DNA of 32,000 nt, taken from assembly GCF_003231495.1 (NCBI RefSeq), contig NZ_PQWO01000017.1:1-32000 (forward strand), in the 5' to 3' direction. Below the pieces are notes generated by a model. It saw only the letters and a program-made list of their open reading frames with translations. It was not told the DNA's origin and made no database searches. This DNA comes from Acaryochloris thomasi RCC1774 (GTDB lineage Bacteria > Cyanobacteriota > Cyanobacteriia > Thermosynechococcales > Thermosynechococcaceae). Position 1 is the stretch's first letter. The number at the start of each line of letters is the position of its first letter. Positions 23,925-32,000 of the stretch are shown here, one piece after another. The position numbers and the translations under genes are program-made.

Positions 23925-24733
23925 AACTCGCAGTGATTTCCTGTATTCATGGCAACGTTGAGGCACTCAATGCCGTGCTCTCTGATATCGATCGCCAGCA
24001 AACCGATCAGATTTACTGTCTCGGCGATCTGGTGGGCTACGGTCCCCATCCCAACGCAGTGGTGGAGATGATTCGTTCCCTCGATATTCCCACCTGTCAG
24101 GGCTGCTGGGACGAAGATATTGTCGATGGCCTCAATGCCTGTGACTGTAGTTATCCTTCACAGTTAGCAGAAAAGCGAGGGAAGCAAGCCCATGAATGGA
24201 CGGACCGAGTCGTTCATCCAGAGGTGCGGGAGTATTTAGCAAGTCTGCCGATCACATTGCAATCTGAAAATCTGGCCTTTGTTCACGGTAGCCCCAACAG
24301 TCAGCATGAATATCTACTCCCCAGCATGGACGGATTTGCCGCCCTAGAACGGGTCTTATCCACCGGGGCAGATGTCTTGTTCTGCGGTCATACCCATGTC
24401 CCCTACGTGCGTGATCTAGCCGATGGCAAACTTTCGATGCGGGTTCATCAACCTGGAAAAGAAGAAACACAGCAGCAGTCCACGGTTTCCCTGAAGCGGA
24501 TTATCAATGCCGGATCGGTGGGAGAGCCTCGCCACGGACGACCCAATGCGACCTATGTTCTCTATGACACAGAGACGGCACAGGTCACACTCCGAGAAGT
24601 GCCCTACGACTATACAAAAACCTGTTTAGCCATTATTGAGCAGGGCTTACCGCCTATTTTTGCATGGCGATTGGCGCGGGGGATGGAGTTTGCAGAACGG
24701 GCTGATGATCCTAGTCATGTGTGTCAGCGGTAG
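23921..24733 (+). CDS. Metallophosphoesterase-family protein with Cys substitutions in metal motifs and a CxxC...CxC insert
   Basis: Motif I reads ISCIHGN (Cys where DxH has Asp). Motif II is LGDLVGYGP, motif IV FVHGSP and motif V CGHTHVP. The motif III region reads CQGCWDEDIVDGLNACDCSYP. Confidence 0.75.
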   Translation: MKLAVISCIHGNVEALNAVLSDIDRQQTDQIYCLGDLVGYGPHPNAVVEMIRSLDIPTCQGCWDEDIVDGLNACDCSYPSQLAEKRGKQAHEWTDRVVHPEVREYLASLPITLQSENLAFVHGSPNSQHEYLLPSMDGFAALERVLSTGADVLFCGHTHVPYVRDLADGKLSMRVHQPGKEETQQQSTVSLKRIINAGSVGEPRHGRPNATYVLYDTETAQVTLREVPYDYTKTCLAIIEQGLPPIFAWRLARGMEFAERADDPSHVCQR

Positions 24734-24758
24734 CTGGCCCCAATTAAGGAGGTGAAGA

Positions 24759-25496
24759 ATGGAACAGTGGGCTATCTTAAGCGGGATAGAAGGTAATCTC
24801 GATGCATATGAGGCGGTGCTGGCCGATATCCGGCGACAGCGCTATCCGGTAACGGACCTCTATGTCTTAGGAGATATTGTGGGACTTAAGGGCGACAACC
24901 GGGCTGTGATGCGGCGGCTTCAGTCTCCGCGCGCCGGGGAATTAGAACCCCAGGTTTGTATCGGCTGGTGGGAAGAGCAGTGTTTTAATTTGTACGGGTT
25001 GGGCGGATTGCCCGATGCGCCAGAGTTAATAGAGCAAGAGGGGGCCGACGCTGTGCAGCACCTCTGGGAGTCAGTATCACGGGAGGCGGTGGACTGGATG
25101 CGATCGCTTCACTTTGGGTTTCACGAACTCGACTGTCTCTTGATTCACGGCAGCACGGTGGGCTACGCCGATGAACTCACGCCGGAGACGCCCGCGATTC
25201 AATTGTGCGATCGCCTGATTCGCGCTGATGCCAACAATCTATTCTGTGGACGTTCAGGCTTAGCCTTTGAATGCTGGATCGAACCAAGTGATCTATGCTC
25301 CACCGTCATGACCTTAGATGGAACACAGGCTCCTCAAACGCAAAATCGAACGCCCCGACGCATTGTCGGCGTTGGCAGCGTGGGGCGCACATTGGGACAA
25401 GCCACCTATACACTTTATAATCCTGCCAATAATCACATTACCTTCAAGACCGTGAAATATAGTAAAGCCAAGGGCTTTGCCCTGCAAAGCGCATAG
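24759..25496 (+). CDS. Metallophosphoesterase-like paralog with degenerate catalytic motifs (probable pseudo-enzyme)
   Basis: Collinear with the upstream gene, but motif I is LSGIEGN, motif V is CGRSG and the motif III region is CIGWWEEQC. GDIVG and LIHGS are retained. A strong RBS (AAGGAGG) precedes the ATG. Confidence 0.65.
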   Translation: MEQWAILSGIEGNLDAYEAVLADIRRQRYPVTDLYVLGDIVGLKGDNRAVMRRLQSPRAGELEPQVCIGWWEEQCFNLYGLGGLPDAPELIEQEGADAVQHLWESVSREAVDWMRSLHFGFHELDCLLIHGSTVGYADELTPETPAIQLCDRLIRADANNLFCGRSGLAFECWIEPSDLCSTVMTLDGTQAPQTQNRTPRRIVGVGSVGRTLGQATYTLYNPANNHITFKTVKYSKAKGFALQSA

Positions 25497-25553
25497 GAGC
25501 GTCATGAGAGATGACACTCGGTGCAGGTGCGATCGCTTATTGCTTTAAACGCT

Positions 25554-25599
25554 CAGAGATGACACTACATCGACTGCCACAACCCAGAACAGAGACTCA
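25554..25599. repeat. 46-bp dispersed repeat, copy 2 (CAGAGATGACACTACATCGACTGCCACAACCCAGAACAGAGACTCA)
   Basis: Aligns with 10261-10306. A partial extra copy of the first 12 nt (AGAGATGACACT) lies at 25507-25518. Confidence 0.7.
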
Positions 25600-25713
25600 A
25601 CATTGTCGTTCAGCAGGTAAAAAATACGATTACTCCACCCTAAACGTTTGGCAAACTGCTGCAACGAGATTTCTAGGTTCTACAACACCAATCTTGATCA
25701 AGTAGTACGCTGG

Positions 25714-26343
25714 TCATGGATTACGCTTGAGTATCCAAAATGGCGGAGCATCAGTTGTAAGTTGTTGCTTACGCGCGATTTCAAACCCATTTTTCTGGTA
25801 AAACCGCACGGCTAACTCTGTCGCCGTGACGACAGAACAAGGAAGCCCCTCATCACTTGCTCGACACAAAATAGGCCGTAGTAATTGAGTCCCTATCCCT
25901 TGTCCTTGACTCTCTGGTTGCACAACCATCAGCCCTAAATCCCAATAGGGAGAATTGCCCATATCTTGTTGCTGAACTCTTTCGATTGCAGACAACATAT
26001 TTAGCCATCGTGCCAATCGATTCCAACCTACCTTCACTGGCAACTTATACAACTGAACCTGAAGCGCCATCTTTAATTGTTGGAGTAGATTGGTAGAGAA
26101 TTCTCCTGATGGCGGCAACCAAGCCGCTACTCCTTGAAAGTCTGATGTCGTGTAGACATGCCCATATTGAATGCAGTAAACCATTAATTGACTTGTCAGC
26201 CAACTTAAAGCCTGAAATCGCAGTTCTGGATCATCCGGTGTTAAGTAGCTAAATACCGGATCAGCGATCAATGCATTCGCGGCAATTTCACTGGCATTCT
26301 CAATCTGCGATGAATGTAACTGGAGCACATCAGAACGATGCAT
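25714..26343 (-). CDS. GNAT-family N-acetyltransferase
   Basis: QPESQGQGIGTQLLRPILCRASDEGLPC...AVRFYQKNGFE is the typical acetyl-CoA binding motif A/B region. Confidence 0.75.
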   Translation of the reverse strand: MHRSDVLQLHSSQIENASEIAANALIADPVFSYLTPDDPELRFQALSWLTSQLMVYCIQYGHVYTTSDFQGVAAWLPPSGEFSTNLLQQLKMALQVQLYKLPVKVGWNRLARWLNMLSAIERVQQQDMGNSPYWDLGLMVVQPESQGQGIGTQLLRPILCRASDEGLPCSVVTATELAVRFYQKNGFEIARKQQLTTDAPPFWILKRNP

Positions 26344-26653
26344 AGTTTGATGCCCTAACTAAAGCTTCCTAAAAAAGCAAGAACCGTTGATATACAGTCA
26401 TTACAGCCGATAAGGTTGACAGGGAGTGCACGGTCAAGTTGTGCATCCTCGACGTTATAGCCGATTTAGCTTTGTACGTGGAAATCCAAAGCTCTCAAAA
26501 AAAGAGATTTTGAGAACGAGTTTACAGAGGGTTCAGGGTCTATTTAGCTGGCTCAGACTTTTTCAGCAAGCCCTAACGTCCAAAATCACCGGGTCGCGAC
26601 AAGTGATTCTCCATTTGAATATACCCGGCTTCGCGATCCGGTACATTTTTTTG

Positions 26654-27139
26654 TTATACGTCGGTCTGAGTTGTGATTCGAGTGATTTGTCGACCAAGAA
26701 CTTTGCGGTTCGCGTGAATTTTCACGGGCAGGTCAGTGTTATAAGAATACAGTTCGTCGATGACGCCAGCCATGTGTTTTTTCGTCTCGACATCCTTTGA
26801 TTGAAGTGTTGATGCTATGGCACGATCGTATTCTTGTCGAAGCGATTTCATTTTACGATCGTCATGTCTACACGTAGGACAGTTTTTTGCATATGAATCG
26901 ACGTAGAAACCGAGTTGTTCGTACCATCGTTTTTGCTCAGCGGCGGTGAAGCAAAACTTCTCGGAGCAGCGAGAACATTTGAATGTGGCATCGACATACC
27001 AATGGCGTGGGCACACCGAGTAGTTTTGGCGAGACACATCAGCACGTACTGCAGAATCGTGATTGAGGTGCAAGCATTCCCAGAAGAAATGTCGGGGCAT
27101 GTTTACCGAACTGGTTTCGCCAAAGGAGTCCATGTGCAT
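26654..27139 (-). CDS. Zinc-ribbon domain protein (zf-trcl-like, four-Cys)
   Basis: CPRHWYVDATFKCSRCSEKFCFTAAEQKRWYEQLGFYVDSYAKNCPTCRH contains two Cys pairs flanking the conserved F-F-EQ-Y-GF pattern. The segment is AT-richer. Repeat copy C starts 8 nt upstream of the ATG. Confidence 0.65.
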   Translation of the reverse strand: MHMDSFGETSSVNMPRHFFWECLHLNHDSAVRADVSRQNYSVCPRHWYVDATFKCSRCSEKFCFTAAEQKRWYEQLGFYVDSYAKNCPTCRHDDRKMKSLRQEYDRAIASTLQSKDVETKKHMAGVIDELYSYNTDLPVKIHANRKVLGRQITRITTQTDV

Positions 27140-27146
27140 CCTTGAG

Positions 27147-27312
27147 GCGGATAACTACTAAATTCTACGGATAGCGGCTGATAACTCCGACTCTGAGGGC
27201 ATTATCCAGTAGTTTACTGCCATCAAGCCACCCCGTTTGGGAATCTTAAGATTGATATGCCTTTCCCCGTAAAGCTTTCAAGAATCCCTGTCCCTATCCA
27301 ACTTGTCAGCTC
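27147..27312 (-). repeat. Dispersed repeat family, copy C (one hairpin unit plus full tail)
   Basis: GGCGGATAACTACTAAATTCTACGGATAGCGGCTGATAACTCCG...GGGCATTATCCAG, followed by a tail aligning with 6822-6921. On the minus strand the tail carries TTGAAA-N17/18-TATCAA and the gene-proximal end carries TAGAAT. Confidence 0.8.
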
Positions 27313-27678
27313 TCTTTGACCACATCCGCGCAAACTTTCGCCATAAGGACTAGAGATCCAAGAGCGCAAAGCTCTGCCTATAGGGTATTGGCAGCTTTCC
27401 TGTCAATTAAGTCATGAGTCCATCTCTCGAACTCGAAGTTCAGACCATTCATGAGCACCCATTGCATCGGAAACCACTGTGTTTGACGCTCGAACGATCG
27501 CACCTCTCACCGATTGCGATCGCACAACCACTCCCAGATTTTATGAACAGGCTAGGGTTTGAAGCCTTATTCTCCTAAATAGACTGTGCTGAGAAACCAT
27601 CTTGGCGATTCTTAAGACTGGGAACCGCTATCTCACAGGCTCCTCACCCTGAATTAAGTTTCAACACAATGCCGCCTC

Positions 27679-27707
27679 TTGATATAGTGAATGATAATCA
27701 TTATCAT
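27679..27707 (+). promoter_or_regulatory. Promoter (TTGATA-N17-TATCAT) overlapped by a Zur box (ATGATAATCATTATCAT, 27691-27707) upstream of sufE-like/COG0523
   Basis: The -35-like TTGATA is at 27679-27684, followed by a 17-nt spacer and a -10-like TATCAT at 27702-27707. The palindrome covers the spacer and the -10, which is the classical repressor geometry. It lies 30 nt upstream of the ATG at 27737. Confidence 0.8.
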
Positions 27708-27736
27708 TTTAACGATACACCTGCACTCCAGGCGCT

Positions 27737-28180
27737 ATGTCTATGGTGACGACCCCTCTCCCCCCCGCCCTTGCCAAAATTGTGAAGCGCTTCGAGCAGA
27801 CCTCTGATCCCAAGCAGCGATACGAATATCTGCTCTGGTTCGCCAAGCGATTGCCCCCCTTCCCAGAAGCTGATAAACAGCCCTGCAATAAGGTCGTGGG
27901 CTGCGTGTCCCAGGTCTATCTCACTGCCACTTCGACCGACGGCGGGGTTCACTTTCAAGGGGACTCCGACGCTCAAATCACCAAAGGGTTGGTGGGGCTG
28001 CTGATTGAAGGTCTCAATGGATTGCCGCCCGAACAAATTGTGCAGCTCACCCCAAACTTTATTGAACAGACCGGCCTCAACGTTAGCCTTACCCCGTCAC
28101 GCAGCAACGGGTTCTACAACATTTTCACGACTCTGCAGCGATTAGCGCTGCAGCTCATGCCCCCAGAGCAAAATCATTAA
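27737..28180 (+). CDS. sufE: SufE-like sulfur-acceptor domain protein
   Basis: FEQTSDPKQRYEYLLWFAKRLP...KVVGCVSQVYLTA...FQGDSDAQITKGLVGLLIEGLNG is the SufE/Fe-S metabolism-associated domain pattern, including the conserved Cys in GCVSQV. Confidence 0.8.
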   Translation: MSMVTTPLPPALAKIVKRFEQTSDPKQRYEYLLWFAKRLPPFPEADKQPCNKVVGCVSQVYLTATSTDGGVHFQGDSDAQITKGLVGLLIEGLNGLPPEQIVQLTPNFIEQTGLNVSLTPSRSNGFYNIFTTLQRLALQLMPPEQNH

Positions 28181-28199
28181 CCGCAGACGGAGTCAACCC

Positions 28200-29255
<1,056 letters not shown>

Positions 29256-29575
29256 GACACACCTCGGCAAAACATAGTGCCCTTTCCAATGCGTTATGGA
29301 AGCCAGTCAGGATTTATCCCAGCCGCCACTAAATCGGGTGCCGGAGCCTCTGGCGTCTGAAGGAAAATGAAATTACATTTTAGTAATCACTCCTTAAGCG
29401 AGCCATGCCGTCCTGCCACATTGACCGGCAATCCGAGAGGCAACCGCTGTTGGTAGGGCTTGGTTTTATGAGTGATGCGGGACTTTGGTGGAAAGGTTTC
29501 TTGTCGTCAACCCGGAACAATCTGACATCATTACTAAAACCGCCGTAACTGGCTTACAGCATTAGTCTTATCTAA

Positions 29576-29646
29576 AGGTGGCACCCAGATTCGAACTGGG
29601 GATAAAGGCTTTGCAGGCCCCTGCCTTACCACTTGGCTATGCCACC
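29576..29646 (-). tRNA. tRNA-Cys (anticodon GCA)
   Basis: The minus strand reads GGTGGCATAGCCAAGTGGTAAGGCAGGGGCCTGCAAAGCCTTTATCCCCAGTTCGAATCTGGGTGCCACCT. It folds as a cloverleaf with a 7-bp acceptor stem, anticodon loop CTGCAAA, T-loop TTCGAAT, an A13-A22 mismatch and discriminator U, as in known tRNA-Cys. CCA is not encoded. Confidence 0.9.
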
Positions 29647-29771
29647 ATCATTTCCTGAAGGACGTGTCAAAAGTCTCTGCCAACTAGAGAAGAGTAAAGA
29701 CACGGTAGTTGATAACTATACCGTCTACCTTTCTCTCTGTCCAGTACAGATTCATTGTGGCTAGCCCTTAA

Positions 29772-29987
29772 TCAATATTGAACTTCCCATAAACCCAAGA
29801 GGGGACCGATGAAGCGCAAGATCACCCAAGCAATCACTACAATCCCAATCCCAACCCAGGCACCCTTGTTTGCCACTCGAAAGAACTGAATCAGCTGCTG
29901 TTCGGAGAAGGGGATCCAGGGCAAAATCCTGGGATCTTTTCCATACTGCTCACCCTGTGACTCTTGGCGTCGCTTTGATTCTCCCAT
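29772..29987 (-). CDS. Small membrane protein (basic N-terminus, one C-terminal TM helix); conserved-cyanobacterial-looking hypothetical
   Basis: MGESKRRQESQ... followed by the hydrophobic segment GAWVGIGIVVIAWVILRFIGPLLGL. I prefer M10 of the track ORF as the start. The function is unknown. Confidence 0.45.
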   Translation of the reverse strand: MGESKRRQESQGEQYGKDPRILPWIPFSEQQLIQFFRVANKGAWVGIGIVVIAWVILRFIGPLLGLWEVQY

Positions 29988-30070
29988 CCTCTTGCCCTCA
30001 TCAATGCTACTCAACTGATCCTAATGGCGATCAGGGAGCACCGTCACGTTACTCGTGGAATCTTAATAGC

Positions 30071-31603
30071 CTAGGCATGATCCAATAGTGGTAAGGCAGA
30101 CTGTGTAAATAAACTTGAGTCGAGGTAATTAATCCGTGCGTAGGGACTAAGCGCATCTAGAATCTGCTGACCATAGCTACGATGTATAACTCTGGCATCT
30201 AAAAGCGCAACAACGCCTTGCTGCTCACGAGCAGGTGCGATCGCATCTTGCAGCATTCTCAGCGTCTGGGGCAGGAGATAGAGACGGAACCAATCTTGAC
30301 GCCGCCGCTTATAGTAAGCCACTCGCCCAGCCACCCGCGGATCCTCCAATGATGGAATAGGCAGCGTTGCAATCACCAATAGAGGCGGAGCCGGAACATG
30401 ATGCTGCACCTGCAGCCAGTAGTCCCAGCCCGTGACTAAAATGCTGTCTTGGCCCAAAGCAGGTGTCTCAACCTGTACCCGAGATCCAAACTCAGCCGCC
30501 AGCAAAGCCGCAATCTGCGCTTTCAAAGGCAGGTCATCAATTACCAAGACGGTAGGCCGACCTAGCCCTCGACTAAGGGCCAACAAATCACGAATTTGAA
30601 TCATGATTCGCGCCTGAAATTCAGGCGTATTGGGCATGGGTAAACCATCGGGAATATAAAGCTGAATAGCCTCTGTATGCCGATCCGCACCAAACTGAAC
30701 ACAGGTTACATCTTCGATCCCCAGCGTTTTTTCATAGAGGTGGGCGCTCGCTTGCACGTTCACACCTCCACCGAAAAGCACTGTTGTCTGCTGCTCCCAA
30801 ATCGCCCGTAGATAGGGTTCAACATCAATCGGCGCACAGTGAAGCGTGAACGATCCCTGCTGCCGATGGATCTCTGTCCAAAGCAGTTGATCCGGCCGAG
30901 TATACTGCTGCCAAAAACGTTGCCAAGACTTAGGCCCCATGCTTAAGTCGCAGCTCAGCAGATCGTGATGCAGATGCTCAAGAACTTGATGCTCACCCTC
31001 GGTCAATAAAGCACAGCCATAGGGATTAACCGGATGCTGAAAGATGCTGCGAGTTAACTGCGCGCGCGCACCTCGCAGAAGCTGGGTCTGATGAGGATAG
31101 CACCATCGCAGCTGCTCCCAATCTTGCAAATCAAGGGAGACCGTTAAATGCTTGCGAGTCCAGCTCTCTAGTTCATCCACCCCATCCAGCAGCACTAGGC
31201 CAGATCCGATTGTCCAATCAGACCGCTGTGCCAACCACTCCTGAGGCGAAAGAATAAGGAGACCGCTAAAGTGAGGCCCGGGCCACTGCTGCACAGTGCA
31301 AACCGGCTTTTTAAACCCCAGCCACTCACTCAACTTAGGAATATCTATCTGTAAAAGCCGTTGCTGAACAGCAGCAGGAGTAACCAGTACAACAGGATCA
31401 GGCCACAGCAATAGAGGTACAAGATAGCTACAGCGATAATGCCCCCGATACCGAGCTGCCGCACTCACCTGGATGAGAGCGCTCCGCTGAAGGCGTAAAG
31501 CTCGGGCGACCAGTCGGGCCACAGACAAGTGGTGGGGCCAGCGAACTTCTCCCTGATCACGCAAAAAAGCATGTAGTTGCTGGTGGACGTCTACCTCAAG
31601 CAA
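30071..31603 (-). CDS. DinG/Rad3-like helicase-family protein lacking a recognisable Walker A motif
   Basis: The N-terminal WPHHLSVARLVARALRLQRSALIQ and the C-terminal VVALLDARVIHRSYGQQILDALSP resemble DinG-type helicase ends. A DExx-like LLDGVDEL is present, but I find no GxxGKT/S. Confidence 0.5.
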   Translation of the reverse strand: MLEVDVHQQLHAFLRDQGEVRWPHHLSVARLVARALRLQRSALIQVSAAARYRGHYRCSYLVPLLLWPDPVVLVTPAAVQQRLLQIDIPKLSEWLGFKKPVCTVQQWPGPHFSGLLILSPQEWLAQRSDWTIGSGLVLLDGVDELESWTRKHLTVSLDLQDWEQLRWCYPHQTQLLRGARAQLTRSIFQHPVNPYGCALLTEGEHQVLEHLHHDLLSCDLSMGPKSWQRFWQQYTRPDQLLWTEIHRQQGSFTLHCAPIDVEPYLRAIWEQQTTVLFGGGVNVQASAHLYEKTLGIEDVTCVQFGADRHTEAIQLYIPDGLPMPNTPEFQARIMIQIRDLLALSRGLGRPTVLVIDDLPLKAQIAALLAAEFGSRVQVETPALGQDSILVTGWDYWLQVQHHVPAPPLLVIATLPIPSLEDPRVAGRVAYYKRRRQDWFRLYLLPQTLRMLQDAIAPAREQQGVVALLDARVIHRSYGQQILDALSPYARINYLDSSLFTQSALPLLDHA

Positions 31604-31754
31604 AATAAACCCATTGACGGTAACGGCATGACCTTCATTGTGGCATAGTCCATCCCAGAAGCTGATAGGTAGAAATAACTCAGCATTCCTAGTCGCGAAG
31701 CTTTAAGAACTGAACACTGCACCGATACACTAACAAAAACAGCCCGGTGGATTT

Positions 31755-32000
31755 ATGACACTGTCAATCGCCCATTTAGGTCCTCCTGGAACCTATGCTG
31801 AGCAAGCCGCACTCGCCTATCTAGACTTACATTCCACGCCGTCTACGACATTGCGTCCCTATGCCAGTATTGCCCGTACAATCCAGTCAACCGCCCAGGG
31901 AGAGACCCATCTAACGATTGCTCCCATCGAAAATTCAATTGAGGGTAGCGTTGCCACAACACTAGACACTTTATGGCAATGCTCCGACCTCCAAATTCGT
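31755..32000 (+). CDS. pheA: Prephenate dehydratase (N-terminal part; runs off the window end)
   Basis: My translation from the ATG at 31755 gives MTLSIAHLGPPGTYAEQAALAYL...TIAPIENSIEGSVATTLDTLW, the canonical PDT-domain start. It is absent from the track because no stop lies in the window. Confidence 0.8.
   Translation, partial: MTLSIAHLGPPGTYAEQAALAYLDLHSTPSTTLRPYASIARTIQSTAQGETHLTIAPIENSIEGSVATTLDTLWQCSDLQIR

Noticed and set aside
29576-29646. tRNA-Cys considered as an integration site for a genomic island
   Set aside because: No integrase gene was seen in the window, and I saw no duplicated copy of the tRNA 3' end. The neighbouring genes look like core genes.

Overview
Cyanobacterial chromosomal DNA: the HIP1 palindrome GCGATCGC occurs more than 20 times. 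The window is dominated by a zinc-limitation island. One 17-bp palindrome (ATGATAATnATTATCAT, a Zur/Fur-family type operator) occurs five times, each in a 5' intergenic region. The genes behind the five boxes are: (1) an SLH/OprB porin; (2) hemB (Zn-independent Asp-rich type)-znuA-znuC-znuB; (3) a DUF1636-like Cys protein, a flavoprotein and a FeoB-like GTPase permease; (4) divergent thrS(no TGS domain)-hisI-gamma-carbonic-anhydrase-like versus folE-COG0523-degenerate COG0523-like-two metallophosphoesterase-like genes; (5) a sufE-like gene plus a His-rich COG0523 GTPase. Accessory material is inserted between these operons. It includes a Uma2 endonuclease, two GNATs, and the cobalt efflux pair coaR/coaT with a MerR-type operator. 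It also includes an AT-richer islet with no HIP1 seen across 15149-17429, carrying a RelE/ParE-type TA pair, a 417-aa protein with a HEPN RNKIEH motif and a HigBA-type TA pair, plus a zinc-ribbon protein. Two dispersed repeat families are present. One (3 copies) sits immediately 5' of three unrelated accessory genes and carries promoter-like hexamers and GATAAC/TTATCC hairpin units. The right end holds tRNA-Cys(GCA), a small membrane protein, a DinG-like protein with no P-loop, and the start of pheA. No CRISPR array, rRNA, transposase or integrase was seen. All functional calls come from reading motifs in the translations; no database search was run.
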